A DNA stretch of 64,000 bases. Source: Desulfatiglandales bacterium. Lineage in GTDB: Bacteria; Desulfobacterota; DSM-4660; Desulfatiglandales; Desulfatiglandaceae. Below are positions 38,752-48,686 of the stretch, piece by piece; position 1 is the stretch's first letter; every line of letters starts with the position of its first letter. Both the position numbers and the translations under genes were made by a program. The DNA lies in the NCBI GenBank assembly GCA_963666345.1, contig OY762721.1:1024001-1088000 (forward strand). Reading direction: 5' to 3'. Under the pieces are notes generated by a model. The model saw nothing but the letters and a program-made list of their open reading frames with translations. It made no database searches and was not told the DNA's origin.

Positions 38752-40770
38752 TTTTTCTCCTAACTTAACCGAGGCCGACAGGCATTCGTTTACCGTAATA
38801 GAATTGGCTATTCCGTCAAGCCTCCATAAGTTGCTTGACCAGCGTCACGGCTCCTCCTGCATCATGGCCATAACCGTCCGCGCTGATATCATCGGCAAAT
38901 TTCTGGTTCACAGGAGCACCTCCCACTATGATCCTCACCTTTTCTCTCAGACCCGCCTCTGTTATGGCGTCTATGACCTTTTTCATCTGGGGCATGGTCG
39001 TTGTGAGAAGCGCGGAGATGCCAAGGATATCGGGCTTTTCCTCGCTAACCCGGCGCACAAAATCCTCAACCCTTACATTCACCCCGAGATCCACTACGTC
39101 AAAGCCGACACCCTTGAGCATCGTGATCACCATGTTCTTGCCTATATCATGAAGATCACCATACACGGTTCCTACAAGCACCTTTCCGTTGCTGCCCCTG
39201 TCGGAACCGGCAAGGTAGGGCTCAAGTATCTTTAATGCCTCGTTCATGGCCCTGGCAGACAGAAGCACTTCCGGGATAAATACAGTGCCGTCTTTAAATC
39301 TATCCCCGATTACCTCCATGGCCGAAAGCATCCCGCGGTTGAGGATATCAGAGGCACCCACCCCTGCATCCAACATCTTTTTCACGTCCTCGCAGATCTT
39401 CCTCTCATCGCCTTTCAGCACATCTTCCTGGATCGTACTGTATTCCTCATCAGGCACAAAAGAGGGCTCGAGCCTTTCAGCCGCCTCCTTTAGCTGTGTA
39501 TCTGAAACAGGTCTTGCCCCACCCGCCTCCAGGGGAAGCCTTCCGTCTTTTTCAAAACGCTCTGCAATGTACATCAGTCTGTCAAAATCCGCGCCCGGAG
39601 GTGTGGTGTCACCTATTGAGGCTATGAAACGTTTGCCGGGAGATATCACCTTAAAGAGATGATCCAGATAATCCTTCAGTTCCTCCCTGGTTGTAGATTC
39701 CTCGAGCAGAAATATCTCCGGAATCCCGCCATGAATGGTCAACCTGTCCGAACGGCACCAACGGTCATAATATTCGTCTATCTTTACCTTGGTCATCGGA
39801 TACGGTGTAACCGCATCCGCGATATCGATCCGTGAATCGGCAATAAGGTCCATAAGGCCTTTATTTTCACCATCCGGATGATTTACAAGCAGAATGCCCT
39901 TCGGACTGAGGCTATCAGCCGCCTTGTGACACCAGGGGAGAAATTCCTTTTCATAAAGGGCTGGATAGGTAATCATATCGTCCACGTTTGCCGACCACAG
40001 AACGGCATCACAGGGAGAGCCGGCAAGGATTCCTATCAGCTGATTGTAGGGTGACTCAAGCGCCTCCGCCAGTTCTCTCATCTCTTTTTCATAATCCTTG
40101 TAGTGGAGATAAAAGTCCGTGGCACCTATGAGTGTCTTTTGAATAAAGTGGACAGGCGAGGTACATGCTATGCCCAGCCCCTGCCCAACGGCTATACCGT
40201 CATCTCCCACATAACCCTTCCATTTGGCAAACCTTTCATAAGCCGGCTTCAGTTTCAGGTTACCGAATATGTGCGCAAGCGCCTTGTAATCTTCAGGCCC
40301 TTTTATGGCATGCTCCTTGACCCATGTTATGGAGGCGCCCGATTTTTTCATCTCTCCCGTGTACCCATGTCTGACGCTTATTTTCCCCACAGGAGTATGG
40401 TACTCCACGCGGGTCATGTATTCATCGCCATCCTCCTCGTATTCGACTTTAATTTCCACGTCCGATGAAAACTCGAAGTCATAGGGGAATTCCTTCAGCC
40501 GGTAAAGTCCGATAGCCCGGTGTATGATATCCTCGGGGTTTTCCGGCTTGAGATACTCAGGAATCATCTTGTGCAGCGGCCAGCCCATGGCACGATGGAT
40601 TTCTTCAACACTCCTGCCTTTATGCTCCTCAGGCAGTGTGCCTGAAAGTTCATGGGCATTGTGCCATAAGTCAATCCTCGGTACAAAGGGGATCTTGTCT
40701 ACCATTTCACCCCCGGCTATCTTCAAGAGCCTTTCTCTGTGGGTCATCATCACAACTCCTCTTTGTTGAT
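38724..40770. repeat. 2047-bp direct duplication, copy B
   Basis: Matches 34057-36103. Confidence 0.95.
38816..40753 (-). CDS. URO-D methyltransferase/corrinoid fusion, copy B
   Basis: Protein identical to copy A except R/G near residue 13. Confidence 0.88.
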   Translation of the reverse strand: MMMTHRERLLKIAGGEMVDKIPFVPRIDLWHNAHELSGTLPEEHKGRSVEEIHRAMGWPLHKMIPEYLKPENPEDIIHRAIGLYRLKEFPYDFEFSSDVEIKVEYEEDGDEYMTRVEYHTPVGKISVRHGYTGEMKKSGASITWVKEHAIKGPEDYKALAHIFGNLKLKPAYERFAKWKGYVGDDGIAVGQGLGIACTSPVHFIQKTLIGATDFYLHYKDYEKEMRELAEALESPYNQLIGILAGSPCDAVLWSANVDDMITYPALYEKEFLPWCHKAADSLSPKGILLVNHPDGENKGLMDLIADSRIDIADAVTPYPMTKVKIDEYYDRWCRSDRLTIHGGIPEIFLLEESTTREELKDYLDHLFKVISPGKRFIASIGDTTPPGADFDRLMYIAERFEKDGRLPLEAGGARPVSDTQLKEAAERLEPSFVPDEEYSTIQEDVLKGDERKICEDVKKMLDAGVGASDILNRGMLSAMEVIGDRFKDGTVFIPEVLLSARAMNEALKILEPYLAGSDRGSNGKVLVGTVYGDLHDIGKNMVITMLKGVGFDVVDLGVNVRVEDFVRRVSEEKPDILGISALLTTTMPQMKKVIDAITEAGLREKVRIIVGGAPVNQKFADDISADGYGHDAGGAVTLVKQLMEA

Positions 40771-40847
40771 TGGTTTACTGGTCTAATAGTAAAAGCAAAG
40801 AGTTCAAGGAAAAACCGCCCCTTTGGCAAAAGGCTTAAGGCCACCGG

Positions 40848-42191
40848 TTATTGATTGAATCCTATCATCATCTCAGGCAGCCACAGCGCGATCTGGGGAA
40901 ACGCCATCAGTACCCCTATGCCTATCAGCTGCAGTGCTATATAGGGCACCACTCCTGAAAACATGTCGGTTATCTTTATCTCAGCCGGTACTATACCCTT
41001 CAGGTAAAAGATCGCCGGTGCCATCGGCGGGGTAAGATAGCTCGTCTGAATCACCACTAGAAAGAGTATGGAAAACCATATAGGGTCAAAACCCAGTTTG
41101 ATAACAATTGGGATAAATATAGGTACAAAGATCAAAAGCACGCTTATCCAATCAAGTAGAAATCCTGCAATAAAGGCCAGGAGCAGGAACAGAAAGATCA
41201 TTGCCCAGGGAGAAAGATTCATTGCCATAAGGAGCTGCTCCGTTACATCGCCTCCTCCCATACCGAGAAAAACTCCCGTATACATAGTGCCTCCCGTGAG
41301 TACCAGCATGATCATTGCGCTGATCCTCAAGGTGTTGATGCTTGCGCCCTTAAATGTCTCCCAGGACATCTTTCCATATATTGTTGTAAGTATGACGGCG
41401 CCAAAGGCCCCCAGTGCCGCAGCTTCTGTAGGTGCAGCCCACCCGAGCAGGATGGTTCCCATGACTGCGAATATCAGCACAAGGGGAGGCAGAAGAGAGG
41501 TCGCCGTAAGCTTAAGCTTGTCCTTTAAGGGCATACCGAATTCCTCGGCAGGCAGCCCAGGTCCGTCCTGAGGCCTGAGCATACATCTTACGATGATGTA
41601 GGTAATATACAAACTTGAAAGGAGTATGCCCGGAAAGACGGCAGCCATAAGTAAACGGCCGACGGAAAGACCTGCGGCAGGACCGTATACCACTATGACG
41701 ACACTTGGTGGTATAATAGTACCAAGCGAACCACCTGCACATATGGTACCGCATATAAGGCCCTTATTATATTTTCGCGCCAGCATGGGAGGTATGGCCA
41801 GAAGCCCTATTACCACCTCGGAGGCACCTATTATTCCTGTTGCAGCGGCAAAAATAGTACACATAATAACCGTACCGATGGCCATTCCACCCCTGAGTCT
41901 CCCTGTCCACTGTATCATGGATTCAAAAAGACGCGCTGCTATACCCGATGCCTCCAGCATTGATCCCATGAAGACGAACAGGGGAACCGCTGCCAGCACA
42001 TAGTTGTTGGCAACATCCCATACCCGGCGAATAAGCATCGCTCCAACAGCATCTCCGAAGCCAAAGATACCGAAAACCATTGACATACCCATGAGAGAAA
42101 AGGCCACAGGAAAACCAAGGAAAATGCACATCAATACGCCCGGGAACATCAACAAAACGAAATAGTCAGAATTAGTCAATGCTTCGATCAT
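40848..42191 (-). CDS. dctM: TRAP transporter large permease
   Basis: AVPLFVFMG, LGTIIPPS, PTEAAA and LTPPMAP motifs. Confidence 0.92.
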   Translation of the reverse strand: MIEALTNSDYFVLLMFPGVLMCIFLGFPVAFSLMGMSMVFGIFGFGDAVGAMLIRRVWDVANNYVLAAVPLFVFMGSMLEASGIAARLFESMIQWTGRLRGGMAIGTVIMCTIFAAATGIIGASEVVIGLLAIPPMLARKYNKGLICGTICAGGSLGTIIPPSVVIVVYGPAAGLSVGRLLMAAVFPGILLSSLYITYIIVRCMLRPQDGPGLPAEEFGMPLKDKLKLTATSLLPPLVLIFAVMGTILLGWAAPTEAAALGAFGAVILTTIYGKMSWETFKGASINTLRISAMIMLVLTGGTMYTGVFLGMGGGDVTEQLLMAMNLSPWAMIFLFLLLAFIAGFLLDWISVLLIFVPIFIPIVIKLGFDPIWFSILFLVVIQTSYLTPPMAPAIFYLKGIVPAEIKITDMFSGVVPYIALQLIGIGVLMAFPQIALWLPEMMIGFNQ

Positions 42192-42712
42192 ATCTCTTTT
42201 CCTCTCACAAGCAGGACAAAGCTTCTTATAAATTCAGCAAACCCTTGAAGTAGCAGCAGAAAAAATCCGACACCCATAAGGCTCTTAAAGGGCCAAAGAA
42301 TCGGCTGCCAGGGTGTAAACTGGGAGACTTCTTTAATTTCATAGGCATCCTTGGCCATATCGATGGCACTTATCAGGAGTATCACCATAACAGGGAAAAA
42401 AATAAAGAGATAGCCCGCCACGTCTATAAAGGCCCTCCCCCTTAAAGGAAATTTCATATAGACAAGATCTATCCTGATATGTCCTTTAACGCGGAGGGTA
42501 TACGCGGCACCAAGGAGAAAGTGCGCGCCGTAGATCATATAGGTTATATCGTAGGACCATATAGTGGGCCTGTGAAAGACATAGCGGGCAACGACCTCGT
42601 AGATGAGGGCCACTATCATCGGAACCGCTATCAAACCCACGGCCCTGCCCGTTTTGTCGCTGATCGTATCAATAATGCTAAGAAGCCTGGAAAGCCTGTT
42701 CATCGGCACCAC
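42188..42712 (-). CDS. dctQ: TRAP transporter small permease
   Basis: YEVVARYVF..PT.W and GHIRID motifs; start may be 42703. Confidence 0.9.
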   Translation of the reverse strand: MVPMNRLSRLLSIIDTISDKTGRAVGLIAVPMIVALIYEVVARYVFHRPTIWSYDITYMIYGAHFLLGAAYTLRVKGHIRIDLVYMKFPLRGRAFIDVAGYLFIFFPVMVILLISAIDMAKDAYEIKEVSQFTPWQPILWPFKSLMGVGFFLLLLQGFAEFIRSFVLLVRGKEI

Positions 42713-42765
42713 CTTTGAGCATAGGTTGGCCGGGCGACCATGAAGGTCACCCGGCTTTGTTATTT

Positions 42766-43836
42766 TCAGTCAAGATACTGGAAATATCTGATATCTCCCA
42801 CCTGCTTCCATTCCTTTTCAAAGTTGTTCTGGGATTCCATCACCTTCTTGAACCAGGCATTGTCTGCCGCATGTTTTGAAGCCCACTGTTTACCCATCTC
42901 ATGGCACCTGGTCTGGGTTTCCGGAGACAGATGAATGATCTCGTTTCCAGTCTTTCTGAACTCCTCCATGGCACCCATGTCCAGTTTTCCGATTTTGTAC
43001 CAGGAGGTAAATGTGGTCAGCTCGGCCGACTGCTCAATAATTGATTTGAGATCATCGGGAAGGCTGTCCCATTTCTTCTTGTTAATAACCAGCTCAAAGG
43101 GTGCGCTTGGCTGGTGGGCACCTGGGACAATTACATACTTGGCAATCTCATGAAAACCGCTTATCACGTTCTCTCCGGGAGTCGCCCATTCCGTACAGTC
43201 GATCACTTTTCTTTCCAAAGCCTGATAGACTTCGGCTCCCGGCAGAGAGACCGTGGAACCTCCTAAGGTAGGAAGTATCTGAGCCCATGCACCGACTGTT
43301 CTCATCTTAAGACCCTTGAAATCGTCAAGGGTCCTGATCGGCTTATGGGAGTGTGCAAATGCCTCGGGTGGACGAATACCGCAGGGAAATGCCACTACGC
43401 CGAATTTGTCGAGCCTGAATTCATTCCAGAGCTTTTTCCCACCACCTGTATAGAGCCAATGCATCATCGGAACCGATTCCATTCCCCCTGCATATCCCCC
43501 TAGTATCGCGGTAGTCGCATCACGGCCGATGTCGTAGCCTGGCCAGGAATGGCCCATTTCGGCAATGCCCTTCGCGACAGTATCAGTTACCTCGAGGGCC
43601 GGTGCGATTGAGCCGCCTGGAAGGACCTGCACCTTAATCCTGCCGCCAGACATTGCCTCCACATTATTGGCAAAAACTTCTGCCATGTCAGTGTAAAGAG
43701 GAATACCCGAAGGCCAGGCAGTTGCAAGTCTCCACTTGTAGGTCTTTGCAATTGCCGGAGCGCTGAGCATAAAGATACCTACGGTCAAAATCAAAAAAAC
43801 GACTAAAACCTTATTCAATCTAGAGTCCATTTTCAT
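42766..43836 (-). CDS. dctP: TRAP transporter substrate-binding protein
   Basis: Signal peptide; WRLATAWP, SGGRI, DDFKGLKMR and EVYQALERKVID motifs. Confidence 0.92.
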   Translation of the reverse strand: MKMDSRLNKVLVVFLILTVGIFMLSAPAIAKTYKWRLATAWPSGIPLYTDMAEVFANNVEAMSGGRIKVQVLPGGSIAPALEVTDTVAKGIAEMGHSWPGYDIGRDATTAILGGYAGGMESVPMMHWLYTGGGKKLWNEFRLDKFGVVAFPCGIRPPEAFAHSHKPIRTLDDFKGLKMRTVGAWAQILPTLGGSTVSLPGAEVYQALERKVIDCTEWATPGENVISGFHEIAKYVIVPGAHQPSAPFELVINKKKWDSLPDDLKSIIEQSAELTTFTSWYKIGKLDMGAMEEFRKTGNEIIHLSPETQTRCHEMGKQWASKHAADNAWFKKVMESQNNFEKEWKQVGDIRYFQYLD

Positions 43837-44373
43837 ACCTCCTTGATTTGGGCTAAAGGGTTCCTTGTTTTATTTTGATTCCCCATATAAAAGCAGGCAC
43901 AAACAACTACAACAGGTGCATCGGCATCTTTAGATCATCCTTGAGGCCTGTCTTGAAATCATAAAGTCCCTATAAAGGCATTACTGTAAATCTTCAGGTT
44001 AAAAGACCGAAAAAAGCGAATAATAATTACAAAAGAGCTTCTTATACGATAATCTTCTGAACAACGCCATTAAGGCTTATAATGTTTTTTTATAATACTT
44101 TTTATCGAAATGGTTAATGAGGATCTATTTACAGCAGTCGCTTGGATGAAATTGTAAGGAAACTTCTTTTTTAACGTGAAGAGGGATTTACCCATCAATG
44201 AATCAATTACGAATTCAGATATTCTTTGCTCGATTAGACTGCTGAAGTAAATTTGAGGACATAAACACAAATAGCATGATATATCTTTATCTGTCAAAGA
44301 TAGAGTGCCAAGCGGTCTGGAATTATCTTTTCTGGCGGCATCCTCGATTTTATCGAGAATACCGCCGCATCAA

Positions 44374-45015
44374 CTAATTGTGTGAAACAAGCCTTCTTGC
44401 CACCTCTACGGCCTGGCCCGCGTCGGCACCATAGCCGTCCGCGCCTATTTTTTCAGCCCATTCCGCATTCACCGGCGCTCCGCCCACCATTATCTTTATG
44501 CTGTCCCTAAGGCCGTTTTCGTTCAACGCGTCAATAAGCTTCTTTATCTCAGGCATGGTTGTCGTAAGAAGCGCGGAAAGCCCCAATATATCAGGCTTTA
44601 CACTCTTTACCTGCTCAATGACCTTTTCAGCCGTCAGATCAACACCCAGGTCAATAACGTCAAAACCCGCACCCTGGAGCATCATGATCACAAGGTTCTT
44701 GCCTATGTCATGGATATCCCCTTTCACGGTGCACATTATGATCTTACCCTTCGTCTCCTTATCACCTTCCTGAATCAGGGCGTTTACTATATCAATGCCC
44801 TTTTTCATGGTAACCGCTGAAACAAGCATCTCAGGCACATAGATCTCATTGTTCGAATACTTCTGCCCCACCACGTCCATTGCACCGATCATGGCGTCAT
44901 TTATGATCTTATCCAGCTCCACCTTGTCTTCTATGGCCGCGTTTACAAGCCCTTCGATCTCATTGTGCTTTCCGCCTATAATAGCTTCTTTTATCATTTC
45001 CAGATGTTCCGCCAT
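44374..45015 (-). CDS. Corrinoid (cobalamin-binding) protein, copy B
   Basis: DIHDIG B12 motif; protein identical to 36495-37136. Confidence 0.92.
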   Translation of the reverse strand: MAEHLEMIKEAIIGGKHNEIEGLVNAAIEDKVELDKIINDAMIGAMDVVGQKYSNNEIYVPEMLVSAVTMKKGIDIVNALIQEGDKETKGKIIMCTVKGDIHDIGKNLVIMMLQGAGFDVIDLGVDLTAEKVIEQVKSVKPDILGLSALLTTTMPEIKKLIDALNENGLRDSIKIMVGGAPVNAEWAEKIGADGYGADAGQAVEVARRLVSHN

Positions 45016-45032
45016 TTCTTTATCTCCCCCTT

Positions 45033-46136
45033 CTATCTGTTAATAGGGTATTTCCCGTAGTTTTCAGTCGCCTTAAGCATTGCGATGAAGTTGTCAAAAT
45101 TTCCCCAGTCCGTGACCGAATTGCCGGCCGCGACACAATAACCGCCTTTGGGCCCCATCGTCTCGATCAGGTATTTTACCCTGGCATCGATCTCTTCAGG
45201 CGTGGCGCTTCTCAGCAGTTCGTTTGAGACGTTGCCGGCAAAGGCAAGCCTGTCACCATATTTTTCCTTTGTGGCCTTCATGCTCATACATGTCGGGTCT
45301 ATCGGGTGAAGCAGATCACTGCCTATATCAATGATATCCTCCATCAGGGGATTGAGATCCCCATCCGAGTGCTGAAACACAAGCACATTGTTGTCATGAC
45401 ATTTTTTTGCTATCTTCTTATACCATGGAAAAATAAATTTCCTGTAATGATCAGGGGAAATTATCGGCCCGTTTCCAAATGCAAGGTCGTCCACCAGCCA
45501 CACTATGCCCACATAAGGAAGCTCAAATATCTTATCAAGCATCATGAGCTGTATCTCGGCCACCTTCCCGAACACATCCGATACGAGCTGCTCGTCCAGT
45601 ATGAGCTTTGTGGCAAAATTGTTAAATCCCATGAGCATCCACGTGAGGGTAAAGATCTTTCCGGAGTTCGCGATCACCTTCATGCCTTCGGGAAGGTATT
45701 CTCCGACCTCAAACAAGGGGTTCATCAATTCAGGTTTTTCAAGTTCTTCCCAGGGAAAATTCTCAAAGTCCTTTCTATCGTTTATGAAGCTCGTATACTC
45801 CAGGCTCCACTTTGTCATGTCCTCCTTGTCTGAGTCATCTTTCAGCATCCTGTCCCTGATAACCTTGGAAATGGGAGAGGCGTCATCCACCTTGCCGAAT
45901 GCCATGGCGCTCACGGTAATAGGCACCGTGTCATATCCCGCATTATAATAAAATTCCACCTGGGACTTGATATCATCCGATTTCACCTCACGGCCCAGGA
46001 ACTGACTTTGAACAGGATACTCGACAAGACACTCAATAACCGGCACTCTGTCAGGCTCCTCGTGATTGACCGTTTTCTTGATCCTTTCAAAATCAGGGCT
46101 TGGCTTTCTCAAGCCGTAATCTCTATAATCAGCCAT
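45033..46136 (-). CDS. URO-D family protein (putative substrate:corrinoid methyltransferase)
   Basis: EEPDRVP, DDLAF..GP, HSDG, HPIDP, GNV and GNSV motifs; next to a corrinoid protein. Confidence 0.85.
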   Translation of the reverse strand: MADYRDYGLRKPSPDFERIKKTVNHEEPDRVPVIECLVEYPVQSQFLGREVKSDDIKSQVEFYYNAGYDTVPITVSAMAFGKVDDASPISKVIRDRMLKDDSDKEDMTKWSLEYTSFINDRKDFENFPWEELEKPELMNPLFEVGEYLPEGMKVIANSGKIFTLTWMLMGFNNFATKLILDEQLVSDVFGKVAEIQLMMLDKIFELPYVGIVWLVDDLAFGNGPIISPDHYRKFIFPWYKKIAKKCHDNNVLVFQHSDGDLNPLMEDIIDIGSDLLHPIDPTCMSMKATKEKYGDRLAFAGNVSNELLRSATPEEIDARVKYLIETMGPKGGYCVAAGNSVTDWGNFDNFIAMLKATENYGKYPINR

Positions 46137-46218
46137 ACAATTTTCCTCCTAAATTAACCTGAAATATACAGGGTAATATTCCCCGTGATAAAAGGACATC
46201 CCTATCGGCTCAGGGACA

Positions 46219-47289
46219 TCACAATGTTATCGGATAAAGCCCGTATCTGAAGGCGGCGGCACGCATGGCCATATAATTTTCAAACTTTGACCACTCCGCC
46301 ACCGAGTTGCCGGAGCAGACCATATAACCTCCGCCGGGAGCAACATGCTTGATAAGGTATTTTACCCTTTCCTCTATTTCAATCGGTGTTCCGCTTCGCA
46401 ACAACTCGTTGGCCACGTTGCCGGCAAGGGCAAGGCGGTCCCCGAATTCCTCTTTCACCTTTGCAATATCCATACAGGTAGGATCGATCGGGTGCAGGAG
46501 ATCCGTCCCGATGTCTATTATATCACTCATGAGTTCGGTCAGATCACCGTCTGTGTGCTGAAAAACGAGGATGTCATTTTCATGGCATCTCTTCGCGATC
46601 TCCTTGTACCAGGGAAACACATGCTTCCTGAATGCCTCGGGAGATATCATGGGACCGCTTCCGAAAGCAAGATCATCCACCAGCCATACCGCACCCACAT
46701 GAGACATCTTGAATATCTCTTCAAGGCACTTGAACTGGATCTCAGCCACCTTTCGAAAAACATCGGCAACCAGATCCTCTTCAATAATGAGCTTGGTGGC
46801 AAAATTGTTAAACCCCATGAGCATCCATGTCAGGGTGAATATCTTCCCGGACAGGGCCACCACCTTCATTTTTTCAGGCAGGATTTCCTTTATATCGTGG
46901 AATTTACTGAAATCAAGTTTTCCCAGTATGTCCCAGGGGAATCTCTCGAAATCCTCCCTGTCGTTTATAAAATGGGTATGTTCAAGATTCCATGCATCCT
47001 CATCATCCTTTTCAGATCCCTTGAGCATGTGCTCTTTTATCACCTTCGATATTGCCGATTCCTCGGTAACCTTGCCTGGCGACATCATCCCGACCGTCAA
47101 GGGGATATAATCATATCCCGCGCCTACCCAGAACTCGAGCTGCGCCTCAAGATCGTCCTCCTTCACCTCTCTTCCGAGGAATTGGCTTTGAATCGGGTAA
47201 TCCACCAGGACTTCTATTAAAGGAACCCTGTCAGGTTCTTCATGCCTCACGGTTTTTCTTATTCTCTCAAAATCCGGTCTGGTATCCAT
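46219..47289 (-). CDS. URO-D family protein (paralog of 45033-46136)
   Basis: EEPDRVP, SGKIFTLTWMLMGFNNFATKL (shared with the paralog), HTDG and GNSV motifs. Confidence 0.85.
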   Translation of the reverse strand: MDTRPDFERIRKTVRHEEPDRVPLIEVLVDYPIQSQFLGREVKEDDLEAQLEFWVGAGYDYIPLTVGMMSPGKVTEESAISKVIKEHMLKGSEKDDEDAWNLEHTHFINDREDFERFPWDILGKLDFSKFHDIKEILPEKMKVVALSGKIFTLTWMLMGFNNFATKLIIEEDLVADVFRKVAEIQFKCLEEIFKMSHVGAVWLVDDLAFGSGPMISPEAFRKHVFPWYKEIAKRCHENDILVFQHTDGDLTELMSDIIDIGTDLLHPIDPTCMDIAKVKEEFGDRLALAGNVANELLRSGTPIEIEERVKYLIKHVAPGGGYMVCSGNSVAEWSKFENYMAMRAAAFRYGLYPITL

Positions 47290-47354
47290 TTTCTATTTCC
47301 TTTCGACTCTGCACGATAACCGAATTAACGGATTTTTACAAATTCCAACTCAAA

Positions 47355-48686
47355 TCAGAATATCTTGTTTGGAAGCCATGTAACCAATTCGGGGAAAACA
47401 CACATTATAAAGAGTGCCAGCATCTGCAGACCCAGGAAAATAAAGGTCGCCTTATAGAGCTGGGCTATCGGTATCTCCAGTCCCGATTCCTTTGCCACCC
47501 CTTTCACGTAGAATGCCGCATAGGCAAACGGGGGTGAAAGATATGACGCCTGAATCATAACCGCAAACATGATGGCAAACCAGATCGGATCAAAACCCAG
47601 TTTGTAGACAATAGGCGTAAAGACCGGTATGCCTATCAGCAGAACACCGTAGCAGTCTATAAACATTCCCATCACGAGCAGTATGAAAAGTATCACTATT
47701 ATAACGATCCATCTGCTTACATCAAGATTGCTCACGACCTGATTTATCAGATCTCCCCCTCCGAGTCCCAGAAACACTGCGGTAAACATCGACGCACCCA
47801 TGATGATCCACATTATCATGGCGTTCGTCTTCATGGTAAGATAGCAGCACTCCTTGATCATGCCCCAGGTAAACTTCCGGTTGCCTATTGCAACCCCGGC
47901 CGCTCCTACACACCCGAGGGCCGCAGCTTCGGTAGGTGTGGCCCAGCCGAGCATGATTGAACCGAGCACCACAAATATCAGGGTGGTGGTTGGAAGGACT
48001 GATTTCAGTATCATCATGACCTTTTCCCTGGAGCTGTATTGTGCGGCCACCTTGGGATCCACGGCCGGGGCGGAGTCAGGATGGATGACGACTCTTAAGA
48101 TTATATACCCGAGATACAGACCGGCAAGTAAAAGGCCCGGTCCCACACCTCCGGCAAAAAGCTTGCCGATCGATATCTGCGCCTGGGCCCCGTATATGAC
48201 AAGTATTATGCTTGGAGGGATTATCGTTCCCAGACAGCCTGAGGCCATAATCGTCCCGGTTGCCAGATCCATGTCGTATTTATGCTTCATCATGGAGGGA
48301 AGCGCCAGCATGGTCATCAGGGTAATGGAGGCCCCTATGATCCCGCTTGCCGCGGCAAGCAGAGTGCACATTACAACCGTGGCGATTGCAAGCCCGCCCC
48401 TGATTTTTCCAAGGACTATATACATCGAACCGAAAAGGTTTTCAGCGGCTCCGGAGCGTTCCAGTATGGTGCCCATGAAGATAAACAAAGGCACGGAAAC
48501 GTATACTATGCTGCTACAGGTACTTGTAGCACTCCGCATAAAAAGGTTAAGCGCCCCGGGATTACCCCACAGGGTCGCCGCAAAAAGCACGGCCAGCCCG
48601 CCCAGCGTAAAGGCAAGCGGATGGCCCATAAGCAGAACTATTAAAAAGATAACGCCAACAATTAACAGCGACTCTAAAGGTGTCAT
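47355..48686 (-). CDS. dctM: TRAP transporter large permease
   Basis: VPLFIFMG, LGTIIPPS, ATPTEAAA and LSPPF motifs. Confidence 0.92.
   Translation of the reverse strand: MTPLESLLIVGVIFLIVLLMGHPLAFTLGGLAVLFAATLWGNPGALNLFMRSATSTCSSIVYVSVPLFIFMGTILERSGAAENLFGSMYIVLGKIRGGLAIATVVMCTLLAAASGIIGASITLMTMLALPSMMKHKYDMDLATGTIMASGCLGTIIPPSIILVIYGAQAQISIGKLFAGGVGPGLLLAGLYLGYIILRVVIHPDSAPAVDPKVAAQYSSREKVMMILKSVLPTTTLIFVVLGSIMLGWATPTEAAALGCVGAAGVAIGNRKFTWGMIKECCYLTMKTNAMIMWIIMGASMFTAVFLGLGGGDLINQVVSNLDVSRWIVIIVILFILLVMGMFIDCYGVLLIGIPVFTPIVYKLGFDPIWFAIMFAVMIQASYLSPPFAYAAFYVKGVAKESGLEIPIAQLYKATFIFLGLQMLALFIMCVFPELVTWLPNKIF

Noticed and set aside
43860..44300. AT-rich spacers (also 36110-36490 and 37140-37620) as possible IS remnants or CRISPR leaders
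   Set aside because: No transposase fragment, terminal repeats or repeat-spacer periodicity seen; these are probably promoter or junction DNA.
45033..47289. hemE (uroporphyrinogen decarboxylase) call
   Set aside because: No MRQAGRY motif, and the context is corrinoid methyl transfer.
24054..47289. Pyrrolysine or selenocysteine readthrough in the methyltransferases
   Set aside because: All intact ORFs are full length without internal stops, and no MttB/MtmB-family gene was recognised.
24054..47289. Halomethane (cmu/mec-like) degradation cassette
   Set aside because: Gene families overlap, but dedicated TRAP importers and the missing H-x-C motif in the fusion make this less likely. It is not excluded without a phylogeny.
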